A stretch of 64,000 nt of DNA from Somniosus microcephalus (taxonomy: Eukaryota), in contig CM126219.1 of the NCBI GenBank assembly GCA_052327205.1, forward strand, positions 16,182,001 to 16,246,000, given 5' to 3'. Made by a program: the position numbers and the translations under genes. Of this stretch, positions 12,676 to 25,586 are shown piece by piece; positions within the stretch are counted from its first letter, which is position 1, and every line of letters starts with the position of its first letter. The notes beneath the pieces were generated by a model. The model made no database searches. It was given only the letters and a program-made list of their open reading frames with translations, and was not told the DNA's origin.

Positions 12676-13578
12676 TATGACTGTATCAGCTTTATTAAAC
12701 CACTGTTGTTACAAATGGATCAGTTTTGATAATTTATTTGCAATATGCTTTCAGGAGAGTTGACAGAAATCTCCTAAAGATTTTGAATTATTCCAAGCAA
12801 GTTTACAGATCAGTGTATTTTTTTCTCTCCCGTTCCTTGAATTTTCTTCTCTCTCGGCTCCTTGCTGGGATATGGTTCCGCAGGCAACAGGGGCCCCTAG
12901 ATTGCCAAGAGGCAGTTCTTCGTGTATGAGTAGATTATGAGTATAGAGACTTTTTTGCAGGGAAGCATTGCAGGCAATCCCAATCCTGCCCTCACCGGTC
13001 ATCTACACCCTTATGTGATGAAAATAGAATTTACATTTTATGAGGCATATATATCATATATGTATCCTTTTAAAATAGTAGTAGCCCTAAGTATGTCGCT
13101 GGAAAACTAATGCCTACGGGGCAGCAGTTTTTCTGTTTCAAAACCCTAAGAAGTTTTGATTATTAGTCGAGTCAGAGGTTATCAATTAGTGAATGGGGCA
13201 GTTTAAATGCGAAATCCATGAACACCCCTGAGGCATGTTGCTTTCAACTTGTGTGTTAATACTGTTGGTATTCTAGCTTCCGAATTAAATGCTGGAGCAT
13301 AAGGCTCGTTGTTCCCATAATTGTTAAGCAAATGGTGATCCACTGTAAATTGCAGATTAGGATAGATAGCATCATTGTTGCATTGAAGCTTAATGTAATC
13401 AAGATGATGGATGATATCATCTTTAATTACTTGACCATCAAAGTGAAAGCATCCTTTATAACCTAGGGATCTTCTTGTTATTCAGTTTTTCTATTTATCA
13501 TGTGGCTGCTACCTGAGACAGGTATGGATTGAGCTCCATAAGCAGAGCCTACATTTGGAACATCAGAGTTTTTGAGGT

Positions 13579-13680
13579 AAAAACAGAAAATGGTGGAAAC
13601 ATTCAGCAGGTCAGGCAGCATCTGTGGAGAAAGAAACAGAGTTAACGTTTCAGATCGATGGCCCTTCGTCAGAAGCTTTT
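13579..13680 (-). mobile_element. Penelope-like terminal-repeat fragment
   Basis: Same repeat family as 36540-36640, in reverse orientation. Confidence 0.75.
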
Positions 13681-13749
13681 GAGGGTTTGGTGAAAAGAAG
13701 GGAAAAAGTGAGACTTGTGGCAAAGATGATGGTACAGGGAATGTGGCTA

Positions 13750-15945
13750 CATTTTTTTTGTTCTTGCAATGTGGGTGACAGGAGGAAGGCTGCATTTATT
13801 GCCTGAGAAAGCTGCCGCCTTGAACTGTTACCTTCTTTGTAGTCATGGTGCTTCAATGATGGTGTTAGGTAGGGAATTCCAGGATTTAGGCCCAACCACA
13901 ATGAGGGAAAGGTGATGTAGATCCAAGTCAGAATGGTGTGTGACTTGGTGGGGAACTTGGAGGTGATTGTATACCATGATATTTCTGCTCTTGTCCTTCT
14001 CAGAGGTAGAGGTTACAGGGATCGGAGGTGCTGTCAAAATAAATTTGGTGAGTTGCTGCAGTGCATCCTGTAGATAGTGCACACTGTAGCCACAGTGTGC
14101 TGGTGGTGGATATTGTGTCCAGTGGCATGGGGTACAGATCAAACAGGCTGTTCTGTCCTGGATGGTGTCTTACATATTTTTGCAGCTGCACATATCCAGT
14201 GATTATTCCATCACAGTCCTGATTTAAGCCTTAAGATGATAGAGAGATTGTGAGGAATCAGGAGGTGAGCCACTCATCAGAGTACCTAGCCACTACTCTG
14301 CTGATATAGCCACGGTGTTGATGTGGCTGATCCAGTTAGGCTTCCGGTCAATGAGGATCCCCAAGCTGTTGAAAGTGGGGACCAGTGATGCTATTGAAGG
14401 TCGAAGGTTGCTGGTTGGATTTGTTGGAGATGGTAATTGCCTGGCACTTATATGGCACTAATGATAGCTGCCATTTGTCAGCCCAAGCCTGGATGTTGTC
14501 CAGATCCTGCTGTAAGATGGCATAGGCTGCTTCATTATCTGAGGGAGTTTTGAATTGAGCTTCTTCTTCTTATCGTGTCCACGGACAGTCTATACATAGC
14601 CCAGCCAGAACTGGACACATTTTTGCGCCTTGTTGTTGAATTCGGCAAGATCTGCAACAGTGCAGGGTTCCTCTAACGATGGGCATTGCAGGAGATGTTG
14701 CATAGTCTGTGCCTCAGTTCCACATTCACAAGTTGCCGGGCTGGTTGAATATCCCCATTTGTTTAGTGACACCTTTGAGCAACCTACACCGGTCCTAAGT
14801 CTGTTAAGGCACTTCCAGGTTGCCCAGTTGCAATTAGCTCCTGGGGGAAGGCTTTCATCAAGTAAAATTTCCATCGCTGGGGGTTGTTCAAGACTGGCAA
14901 GCCAGTCTTTCCACAAGGCGATGCGGGCTTCAGATGAGGTTGATTGTACAACACTGTTCATGAAGCTCTTCCTTGACTTTAGGCGGCTGGGTGTAGGTGT
15001 ATGACAATGCAGAGGGTGCCTCTCATCTGATGTTTGACGGAGTTGCTCTTTCTTGCTGGCTACCGTTCTTCTTTTATCAGGGGGAGCGATACCCGCCAGG
15101 ATATATAGGCTGTTGGTGTTTGTTGGTTTTAAGCAACCTGTGATAAATCGGCAGCTTGCATTCAGAACGGCATCCATCTTCTTGGCATGAGTAGACCTTT
15201 CCCATGCAGGGCAGGCGCATTCGGCAGTGGAATAGCAAAGAGCAAGTGCACTGGTTCGCAATGTTTTCGGGCTTGCTCCCCATCTTGTGTTAGTGAGCTT
15301 ATTCAGGATGTTGTTTCGTGCGCTCACTTTTGCCTTTGTCTTCTCGATGTGGTTCTTGAAGGTGAGGCATCGGTCAAGGGTGACTCCTAAGTAGATAGGG
15401 TGCTCGCAATGCGTCAGTGTTGCTCCACACCAGGTTACTTTCAACTGGCGTTTGGCTTCACGGTTTCTGAGGTGGAATGCACAAACTTGCGTCTTTGATG
15501 GGTTTGCGCGAAGGTGGTTATCGTCATACAGGTAGTAGGATTTTAGTCCCTCCAAGGCCTCAGAAAGCGTTTTCTCCACGGTGTTAAAATCAGTGCTTTG
15601 GGCAGTGACACATAAGTCATCAGCATGTATAAAACAGCGTGTGACACCGTCTATAGGTTGGTCATTCGTGTAGATGTTGTACAGCAGCAGTACAAGCACG
15701 CTTCCCTGAGGAAGACCATTCTTCTGAATACGCCACCTGCTGCGCTTCCCACCTAGTTCAACATAGAACCGGCGATTCTGAGGCATGAATTGAGCTGAAT
15801 ACTGTGGAATAGTCAGTAAACGGCCCCACTTCTGACCTTAGAATGGAGGAAAGCTCATTGATGAAGCAGCTGAAGATTGTTAGGTTAAGAACACTGCTCT
15901 GAGAACCTTGCTGGCTGGCCTTTGATAATCACGACCATCTTCCTA
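13750..15945 (-). mobile_element. Old CR1-group LINE interrupted by a younger LINE
   Basis: Degenerate ORF2 C-terminal motifs (SWNSLP..). The sequence resumes in register after the insert at 14562-15785. Confidence 0.65.
14562..15785 (-). mobile_element. 5'-truncated non-LTR retrotransposon, Ingi/Vingi-like, with an open RT C-terminal ORF
   Basis: 398-aa uninterrupted ORF: GLPQGSVL, HADD, YLGVTLD, C-terminal CECG..H..C knuckle, no evident RNase H. (GAA)n tail; 11-bp TSD TGAATTGAGCT at 14551-14561 and 15786-15796. Clade assignment is from recalled similarity only. Confidence 0.8.
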
Positions 15946-16413
15946 CGTGACCTCATCAATAGCTGGAGGGCAGGAAGCAAAGGGAAGGAATACAACATCC
16001 AGGAGGTATTGTTGTACAAGACCTTATTTAAGTTGCAATTTTGCATACAGTTTTTTTTTGCAGCACCTTATCAAAATGTCCAAAACATCAAGAAGGTAGG
16101 AGAAAAGGAAATGTTCATGGTCTGACTTCCATGGTCAAACTCCTTCCTACAGTATGTTTGGTTGGATGCATTTGTGTATATTTATATATTGCAATTATGA
16201 ATTTTGCACCTCATCCGACCTGCATCCCACTGTCTTGCCTGTCTTATCTAGATCTGTTTGAGTGTTGTGATAATTCTAGAATACTATAACTAATGTCAGA
16301 GGGTTTACAGAATGAATGAGAATTTCACATCTTCCTGTAACTTTTTTTAGGTTTTGCTGCGTTCAATTTGAGCAACATTCTGCCAAGAAGCTGCTTACAC
16401 ATTCAAGTTAATA

Positions 16414-16485
16414 ATGGAACAGTACACAGCGAATAATAGCAATTCCACCGAACAAATTGTGGTTCAGGGACAAATTCAACAACAG
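16414..16485 (+). CDS. NFYA: NFYA exon 2 coding part (exon starts at 16351): MEQYTANNSNSTEQIVVQGQIQQQ
   Basis: Near-identical to the vertebrate NF-YA N-terminus; acceptor TTTTTTTAG at 16350, donor CAG|GTATGA. Confidence 0.96.
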
Positions 16486-17313
16486 GTATGAATCGTATAT
16501 GCCGAATACTTTCATTTGTGCATGTGGTTTGCACGTACAGATTGTATAAAATGTTATTGTAGTTTTTGGTGGCAGAAAATGGCAGCCAGAACACACATTT
16601 TACCATCGTAATAGTATTTACGGGGGGAGGCAACCTGTGATTTGCTCACAACCTTCTGTTAATGTCACTCTATTGCCAGTCTTCAGGCAATGTGCAAGGG
16701 TAGCCCAGGATAGCTTGCTCTTTCTATATGTTTTTCCCGTCCTTTTTCAAAACCAACTACAAGATTGGAGCCTTGTTGTATGGGCAACTCTGCCAGTTGC
16801 AAACCATATCGTACCACTTTGGCATGGTATGCTGGAGCACAATGCTGTGTGCCACTATAGTATTGTACAGTAACACCTTAATCTATACTGTAACTTAGTG
16901 CTCTTGCAGTTGCTGTGTTTAGTCAAATGGCAATGTTCTCAATTTGTGCTGAAATTCAGACAAGATGACATTTGGCCTCAGTACGTCTGGGTTCCTCCTG
17001 CTGGAAATTGTCTATCTGGACATTGGGCAAGGGCAGGATTGAGCTCGGTTCTGTTTTCCTCAAGGATCTGGCCAACACTCACTGCTTTGGGAGCGGTTAC
17101 AGAGGACAGCTGTTGCCTGCTATCCATCAAGAATCAGAACCTTCAGGAGAAAACTGCAAAGGGGAAAATAAAACTTCAGCTTTTATTGGCTTGATTGTGG
17201 GATTGAAAATGATTTGGGTGTTTTACAAGTCCTGTATTTTTGTCTCTGTAATACAGCACTAATTCTCTGTTTTTATCTTTTATTTTACTCCTTTCTATTG
17301 TTTATTGTTCTAG

Positions 17314-17454
17314 GGTCAGCCGTTAATGGTCCAAGTTAGTGGTGGTCAGCTAATCACATCCACTGGTCAGCCAATCATGGTTCAAGCAGTGCCTACAGGT
17401 CAAGGACAGACAATTATGCAGGTTCCTGTCTCCGGAGGACAGGGTCTACAACAG
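17314..17454 (+). CDS. NFYA: NFYA exon 4: GQPLMVQVSGGQLITSTGQPIMVQAVPTGQGQTIMQVPVSGGQGLQQ
   Basis: 141 nt, phase 0/0, AG/GT boundaries, matches the NF-YA Q-rich activation domain. Confidence 0.96.
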
Positions 17455-17559
17455 GTCAGCACATATTTCCTTCTCATAAAATAGTTTTTTTTTCTCCTGG
17501 ATTAATTCCTTTGATTTAGGGATATTATTTCTATTGTGTTGCTATGTAACCATTGTCAC

Positions 17560-18100
17560 TAAATAGCACATGGGTGTACTAAGCCATTCAGACTAGGTTC
17601 GATTCCTGGCCTGTGCTGAGTTAGCTGATCTCGGCAGGAGGTAGTTGACTCAATTGGTCTCCACACCTCTTGAGCAATGTTCCCTCTAAGCTGCATGGGT
17701 GCACGGCCGCGCAGTAATCTGCAAGGTGCTGCGCAGGCCACTCGCCAACTTTTCCAGTTGAAATACTGTGGATGCGCAGAAATTTAAAGGAACCGCGCAT
17801 TGACATAAACAGGCCATGCACAACAAAGAAAATTTAGAGGGAATGTTGCTCTGGAGGTTTAACATCAGCCAGGGCTCTGCCCTGATTGCTTTCCGATGCC
17901 ACTTGCTGGAAAATGCATATGTGTGAATGTCGGGTCAGGACAGCACCAGGCTCAGTCATGACACCCTGCATGTTGACTAGCCTGCTGATATTCGCTGCTC
18001 GCACATGAAGAATGGCCAATGAGGCAAGGTACTAGAGAGGGTTACTGCTGTCTGTGCAAGCAAGAGACAGCACCTTCAGGAGAGGAGTGAGGGAAATTGT
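17560..18100 (+). mobile_element. LF-SINE-like element
   Basis: tRNA-like head (GGTTCGATTCC) followed by CTGTGCTGAGTTAGCTGATCTC; related copy at ~49690-50050. Confidence 0.6.
17675..17848. mobile_element. hAT-type MITE nested in the SINE
   Basis: TIRs CAATGTTCCCTCTAA / TTAGAGGGAATGTTG; 8-bp TSD CTCTTGAG / CTCTGGAG. Confidence 0.8.
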
Positions 18101-18258
18101 TTTTGGTGTAATAATGCATCTAAACTGGCTGGAGTGAATGGCCAAACAGAGGCTATCATAATAGTTCCCTGATGTGATTATTCCAATAGTGTTCTGTTAA
18201 GATGCCTGACAGACTACACCGCCAAGGGGTGACTAACTACAGTAAACTAATTTGAAAA

Positions 18259-18705
18259 GAAAGACTTGCATTTATATAGCGCCTTTCACGACCATTGGAC
18301 GTCCCAAAGTGCTTTACAGCCAATGAAGTATTTTTTGAAGTGTAGTCGCTGTTGTAATGTAGGAAACACGGTTGCCAATTTGCACACAGCAAGCTCCCAC
18401 AAACAGCAATGTGATAATGACCAGATAATCTGTTTTAGTGATGTTGATTTAGGGATATATATTGGCCAGGACGCAGGGATAACTCCCCTGCTGCACTTCG
18501 AAATAGTGCCATGGGATCTTTAACGTCCACCTGATAGAGCAGACGGGGCCTCGGTTTAACGTCTCATCCGAAAGATGGCACCTCCAACAGTGCAGCACTC
18601 CCTCAGTACTGCGCTGGAGTGTCAGCCTAGATTTGTTGTGCTCAAGCTTTTGGAGTGGGGCTTGAACCCACAACCTTCTGACTCAGAGGCGAGGGTGCTA
18701 CCATC
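18259..18705 (-). mobile_element. tRNA-derived Deu-domain SINE (SacSINE1/AmnSINE-like)
   Basis: tRNA-like head with GGTTCAAGCCC B-box on the - strand; tail GCGCTATATAAATGCAAGTCTTTC; several related copies in the window. Confidence 0.8.
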
Positions 18706-19463
18706 TGTATTTGAGTTTCTGGGTTTTCCTTGCTTAATAACTTGGATATTCCATAAATTCATAATTGTGTGTATCCGTGTTAACAACAACAACTTGCATT
18801 TATATAGCGCCTTAAACGTACCAAGCGTTATTAAACACAATTTGTCACCGAGCCACATAAGGAGATATTAGGGCAGGTGACCTAAAGCTTGGTCGAAGAG
18901 CTGGGTTTTAAGGAGCGTCTTAAAGGAGGAGAGAGAGCTGGAGGTGTAACAGGCAGAATTGGATGAAGCATATCGCTAAGTGTGTTGATCTAATGTGCTG
19001 TTGGCTAGTTAAACTGTTCTGTTAACAATGTAACCTGTTTTTAGGGGCTTCAAAATGTAAGCATAACTGAGTGCCTCTGCTGTATATTGAGAAAAATTTG
19101 GAAAAGTGTGTTGATAGATGGGTTGCGGCTTTGAGGTAAAGGGAATTGGCGAATAAGGCTGAATAAAGGCTGCTGCAGCAATGATCTCCTTCACAGCTGG
19201 AATTACCTTTTCTCGTTCCATTATATTTTTATGCTGTTAAAACGGTAGCCACTTAAAACAAAAGTAGCACAGTAGTGGATTCTGTTCATAATAGATCCAT
19301 GATGGGTGTACCCTGTAGCTTCCTATTTGTAATAGAATCATTGATATAATTTGCTAGACTTGAGGACATTTCAGGACTTTCAGCATGTTCTAACCCACAA
19401 GCAATCTATTGCATCTTCATATAATCTGCCGTTACAAGTATGGACTGTTTCCATTCTTTTCAG

Positions 19464-19595
19464 ATTCAGCTGGTTCAACCAAGTCAGCTGCAGATCCAAA
19501 GTGGGCAGGCTGTTCAGGTCCAGAACCAACAAGGTCAGCCACAACAAATTATTATTCAACAGCCTCAGGCAGCTGTGACAGCAGGACAAACACAG
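19464..19595 (+). CDS. NFYA: NFYA exon 5: IQLVQPSQLQIQSGQAVQVQNQQGQPQQIIIQQPQAAVTAGQTQ
   Basis: 132 nt, phase 0/0, acceptor TTTTCAG and donor GTAAGT. Confidence 0.96.
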
Positions 19596-19609
19596 GTAAG
19601 TTACCTCAA

Positions 19610-19763
19610 CACTTCAAAAGGGAATTGGATATATACTTAAAAAGGAAAGATTTGCAGGGCTGTGAAGAAAGAGCAGGGGTGTGAGACTAATTGGTAGCTT
19701 TTTCAGAGAGCCAGCACGGGCATGATGGGCCGAATGGCCGCCTTCTGTGCTGTATGATTCAAT
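19610..19763 (+). mobile_element. CR1 3' tail fragment
   Basis: FKRELDIYLK peptide and GGGCCGAATGGCC tail stem. Confidence 0.8.
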
Positions 19764-20084
19764 GAACACTAACGGGACAATCAACACCGTGCATCTGATG
19801 CTATCAGGGGTGGGGGGGGGTGGGGGGAGGAGGAGGAGCAGTCCATGATTGAGGTAGTCATGCATGAACTGTGGAAGGAATAGGTTTGATGGACCAAATT
19901 ACCTTTTCCATTCCAAGCTTTCTTGTGTTCAATCTGTAGACGGGCATAGGACTGCCAACTTTTGCCCAGTCCAGGACCCAGCAGTGGTAATATTTTTAAG
20001 GGCTGTGTACATTTGTAAAATTGGTCTGCTCATGCATGCCTTTTCAAAAATTGCATCAGTCAATAAAGTTGACTATCCAGTTCA

Positions 20085-20490
20085 AAAGAAAGACTTTCAT
20101 TTATATAGCGCCTTTCACGAACTCGGGCCGTCGCAAAGCGCTTTACAGCTAATTAAGTAATTTTTGAAGTGTGGTCACTGTTGTAATGTAGGAACCGTGG
20201 CAGCCAATTTTGCGCAAAAATGCAAGGATAATGATCTGATTTAGTGATGCTGGTTGAGGGATAAATACTGACCAGGACACCAGGGAGAGTTCCCCGGCTC
20301 TTCTTTGATCCATGGGATCTTTTATGTCCACCTGAAAGGGGATGCAGGGCCTCAGTTTAATGTCGCACCTGACAGTGCAGCACTCCCTCAGTACTCGGTG
20401 TCAGGCTAGATTTTGTGCTCAAGTCTCTGGAGTGGGACTTGAACCCACAACCTTCTGACTCCTAGGTGAGGGTGCTACCAACTGAGCTGT
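20085..20490 (-). mobile_element. Deu-domain SINE copy
   Basis: Colinear with 18259-18705. Confidence 0.8.
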
Positions 20491-21169
20491 GGATGAAACC
20501 AGGTGAGTGATCACCCTAGAAGTAATTTTTTTTGCAATTTCTTGTTACTTTCCATATAATTCCCTATACCTCATCAAAAGCATAATTCCTGCTAAGACAG
20601 AAGGCGAGCCTCTGTCAGTACCACTCCAACTGATTTGAGAGGTATGTGAGAGTGGACATTAGCAACTTGCCTTTCCATTTTTGCTTTCTCTTTCACATTA
20701 CATCTAGAACTACAAATGCAAAGTCTGGATCTATATTGTGCTGCAATATTTCCATATACTAATGAATCATACAGATTTTTATCTAATCTAAAATCATTGC
20801 TGGTACTTGTTGAAATCAATCATCTTGACTATACTAACAGAACATCCATTATGTTTTGACAATCGTGTTAGCAATAGCGAGTTTTCAGCATGCATCTTTA
20901 ATGCTGAAACGTACTTCAGTATTGTAATATTAAAGCTACTTAAATCTCGTGAATGTTAACCCTATATGACAAAGATAAACACTTAAACCACTTCTGCTCA
21001 CCCAGTCTTTTGTTTTTTATATGTTGTCTCTCATTGGTTTCTATTTTAATTTTGTTTTCAAATGTTATCCTTTTTTATAATTTACTGTTTAAAAAAGTGA
21101 CTTAAGAATGTTAGCTACCTCTTTATCTGTCTATTTCAAAGGTGAGAGTTGGCTTTTTTGGCTGAAAGG

Positions 21170-21460
21170 TTCCAGCTTGACTCAATTGGTATCACTCTCA
21201 CCTCTGACTCAGTTTATGGGTTCAGGCCCCAATCTCGGACTTGGACACATAATATAGGTTGACACTTAGTGCAGTTTTGAAGAAGTCCCCTCTACTGTTC
21301 AGTTGGACGTTAAGAATCCCATGATACTACTTGAAGAAGAGCAAGGGGTTTTCCTGGTGTTCCTCCCTCGACCAACACCGCTAATAATGTCATCCATCTC
21401 ACTGTTGTCCGTGAGACCTTGGCATGCACAAAATGGCTGCCACATTTGCCTACATAAAAA
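21170..21460 (+). mobile_element. Degenerate Deu-domain SINE copy
   Basis: Eroded head and core similar to the reverse complement of 18259-18705. Confidence 0.55.
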
Positions 21461-22342
21461 TAGTCATTGCGTTTCAATTTGTATCTGAAACATTTTGGGC
21501 TGTTCCTGAGAAATTTCATAACGTAAATAACTTTTGAAACTGGCTCCAAAGGCCCCTTGTTCAACTAGTTAAGGTTTGAAACTCCAAAAATTAACATGGT
21601 CCCATTAATGATGAAGCTAAGTCGATCCTTGATGCATTTTTTAAGCATCAAAATGTTTCAAGCTTGTTTTTTAACTCGTGCAGATAGGAGAAGGGTTACT
21701 GTCCCACTAGCAGTTGCTTATCAGAGTCTAAAAACTGTTTGCTGCCCCAAGCCATTTGGCTCAGATGAATGAATGTCATCAGCTTGCAGTCAAGATGGAA
21801 GAATTGCTCAGCTGAAATAAGACACCCAACGACTCTTGCTGTTGAATGATATTTACTGCTAGTCATTCCCAGAAATCCTGGAGAAGAGCGTATTAGAACC
21901 TCTTGTGGTTAGAGGGAGGAATTCTTTATGGCGAATGGATTGCAAAGCCAGAGAAGAGCTGAAAAAGAATATGTTGGGTTATAGATGTGAATATTTACCT
22001 AATGCCCTCATTGAGGCTGAGCCAGAAGAAATTCTATGAACAGCTTTGTCCTACTATCAGTGGCTGTCCAGCACAGTGACATCTCCCATATATCCAACCT
22101 ACCTGTAAAAAGAACCAACAGTCAGCAACATCATTACAACAGGCATCTACAAAATTTCAACTGAAAATCAAAACTGCTCACTAGAATAGATCCTCTGGGC
22201 TTGTCTATAATGCTCTGTGTACAGTTCTATTGTATATACTAAACTGTGTTTTCTGTACACTACCAGCAATGTACAAATGTCTAACTGTGTTTAACTCAGA
22301 ACAATGGCACAAAAAAATTGACTTGTTTTCATAACTGACTAG

Positions 22343-22445
22343 GGTCAACAGCAAATAGTGCAAGGACAGCAGGTGGCACAGACTGCAGAGGGGCAGACAA
22401 TTGTGTACCAGCCGGTGAATGCAGACGGCACCATACTCCAGCAAG
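22343..22445 (+). CDS. NFYA: NFYA exon 6: GQQQIVQGQQVAQTAEGQTIVYQPVNADGTILQQ
   Basis: 103 nt, phase 0/1, conserved TAEGQTIVYQPVNADGT block. Confidence 0.96.
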
Positions 22446-25400
22446 GTAACCAGCAAGTTTGTTGGAATTAATTTTTTGATGGTGGTTGGAATGCTAAGAG
22501 CAGACAGCAGTGACTTAATCAGCTGATCTTCCCTCCCTCACCTCTTTCCTACTTGTCACTACAGAATTTCTGGTGGGTCACTGGGCCGCATTTCTTTGCA
22601 AAACTGTTCATTATTGAATGATGTGCATTTTTTTTCTCCTATGAACATGTTATGAGCTGATAATGTAAATTTTCCCCTTTCTCATCCCTTCTGAAAGGGT
22701 GAGCATCAATAATTATGCACTTGCACCACATGCTGGCTAAAAGCTGATTTGGCTCGTGCATGCTTGCCCCATGTGTCATTTGCTCGGTACGTGCTTTGAA
22801 AACTGAATACATTGTATGCCCAGTACACAGAGAAGCCAATTTTTGCGATTAAAGCCGTGATGCTAATGGATGAATTGGTGTTCACTTGTCTGCTGTCCAG
22901 TGGAGCACGCCATGATATATGTGCAAAATGCATACCAGTGTCAACCTTTAGACAGGTAGGGTTGCCACTTTTCCCAAGTCCAAAACTGAGCCAAGAGCAG
23001 GGTATGGATGGGATCGTGGCTTGAGATTTAATGTCTTCTTTGCTGATGGTGAGAATTATTTGGTGACCATAATAATAGTAAAATATTGCAAAACAAAATA
23101 GAAAAAGTAGATTTTTAATTTTTTTTAAAACAGACTTTGACTGTCTATTCAAGAAAGGCATCAAAAGCTGATAATATATTTCTGGATAAAGGATTATTTG
23201 AAAAGAGGTGATAAAATTAAAAGATATGAAGGATAAAAAGGTTAAAATTTGATACTTCCCTGCTCTTTCAAGGAGCATCTTCAAAAGTAACAAAAATTTA
23301 CTGAGGTAAGCTGTTAAGAGCAAGAAGTAAAACAACAATAAATGTATAAAATTGCACATTTAGCAAAACAATTATAGACACTTACAGTAAGTCAGTTTTT
23401 CGAATTGATGATTAAGTTGTCACTAGACTGGATTTCCATGGCCCTTCACAGTTTTCACTCCAGTTCGTGTTGAACAGGAAACTTCCTCAATTGCAGCCTT
23501 ATTTTTCAAATCATATCTGTTCAGGAAACCAAATCTACGGAGGGTGTTCAGTCTCGCCACATTCAAATGGGATGGAATAGGTTTGCTGTTACTAGGGGTA
23601 GAAAACACGGGATGCTATGGCTCTTGTAAAATGTAGTTTCCTGAAAAAACCCTAGCAATGGTGCTGCACACCATACCGATGCAAGAACTATCCTCTTTCA
23701 AAACAATACGGGAGTCCTTCATCGTCAATATTGTCTATGGATGATCCAGTTTGCTGCAGTGGCTCGATGTTGGTTGGTTGGAGAGAAGAGCTCCTCTCGC
23801 ATGATGCAGCTCCACCTCAACTGGGAGGCCACAGATTTCCCTCTTCCTGCATCTTGTGCCATTGGATTGCCTGGGTGCAGCGAATACAGGAATGTTGGTC
23901 AGGGAGGAAAACATGCTCAAATGGAGCCCATCTAATATTCTTATATTCACTGTGCCCAGACAATCCAGTAGCTCCAGGCGCAGGAACAAGCAAATCTGCT
24001 CCATTATTTTTGCATCAATGAGTGCACTAATGAGCCTGTATTTGTTCGCATGAGGGCATCTTGTTATTAACACCTAGCAGAGTCTACTTGTTTTGTATGT
24101 TTCTAAATCACATATTGAAAACATTTGTCAAAATAATCAGGCCACCCTTATAGCTGTGGGCGACACAATCCAAGATCTCCGCAGTACTGCCAGTGTGAAA
24201 TGTTGAGTCAAGACTGGGTATTTCCCTACATTGTGGGGGAGAGGAGAATTGAAGGACACACCACCCCATGCTGTGGCACAGCTCTTGGCAGCTGGCTGCA
24301 GAGTAATACAGCTGGTGAGAAAAATAAATAAAGATAGAAAGTGAGAGGTGGGGGAGAGAAACACAGCCTTGTGGCTGTAGCATTTTTGGAACATGCTTCT
24401 GCATTTACAGCCAGCACTACAAGGTGCAAGGAATTTGTGCGGTGTTAACTACTGGGAGCCACAGCATTTTGCTGTTCCTCTAATTCTCATTTGGAGAAGT
24501 TTCAACATTTAAATTGAAATTTTAAAAGTTTAAGCAAATGATGAAGTGGTAAGCATTGACATTTACTGCAGAATATTTAAATGAAAGTTACATGCATTAT
24601 TCAGAGATGCCATTTTTGGCAATAGCTAAATATGTCTGAATAAGAGCTACTGTGCTGAGCTAATGCAGTCATGAATCAAGCCTCCTGGAGCAAGTCGGTA
24701 CTCATTTTCTAATATATATTTGCATATAAACATTTAGATTAGAAGGCAAAAATCGCTCCATAACAAATGGAGCTATTAATTTTCACTTAGTAAACTCCAG
24801 AGATAAAATATAACGTGTTTATTTTACCTTGCTTTAAATTTCAACAAAAATCTATCTCATTTTCTGGCCCCTTCCCCCAGCCCTTTTTTGGGTCATACCA
24901 TGGCACTAGTCAGTAAGGCAAGCAACCTATTCACAGGTTTTTGAGGCAAATGGAGGGCATGTGAGTAGCCTAAGCTAACATACCTTCCAATTTGTATTCT
25001 CTTTTACTTTCCTTTCTCTGGGAAAGCATCTAGTTTCAATTCAGTGCCTCCATCCCATAGCATGACTGAGGTTGGGAGCTCACTGCATGTGTGATCATAA
25101 AATTAACCCCCAAAAGCATGCCAAACTCTCACTATGCCATAGATGTCTCCAAACTCTGCACCAGCACAAAACAGATGTGGAACCTTGGAACCCAGGCTCT
25201 GAGGTAGTACACTGTTCACAACAGGGCTAAAGCATATTAGCTAAATATTTGAAAATCTGAACCATTTTAATTTGCAATGATCTGTGCTTTGCATTACTTT
25301 TAGATCAATTTTGTAATAAAAAAAAATTTGCATTTTTTTGAGCAAGCTTACTTTAGTTGTTTACTTTAAACTTGTATGACTTCTATGCAAGGTTTGAAAG

Positions 25401-25586
25401 ATGATGTGTATCGTTTTCTTGAAAAGGGAAGAGATTAATCTTGTTCCTTTCATTTTTCCTTTTCCCTCTGTTCTCTCTTGTTATCTCTCTCTCTCGATCC
25501 TCTCCTCTGATTTTACTCTGCCCTCTTTTTGCTCGTCTCCTTTTTGTCTTGTCTTGTCTTTCTCCTCTTTGTGTTATGTGCTAAAG

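Noticed and set aside
18640-18705. tRNA gene (also ~17570-17610, ~20430-20490 and ~50750-50870)
   Set aside because: A/B-box-like heads belong to SINEs; no complete cloverleaf could be formed.
22706-23359. 217-aa minus-strand ORF
   Set aside because: L/F/I-rich translation of AT-rich intronic DNA with no domain motif.
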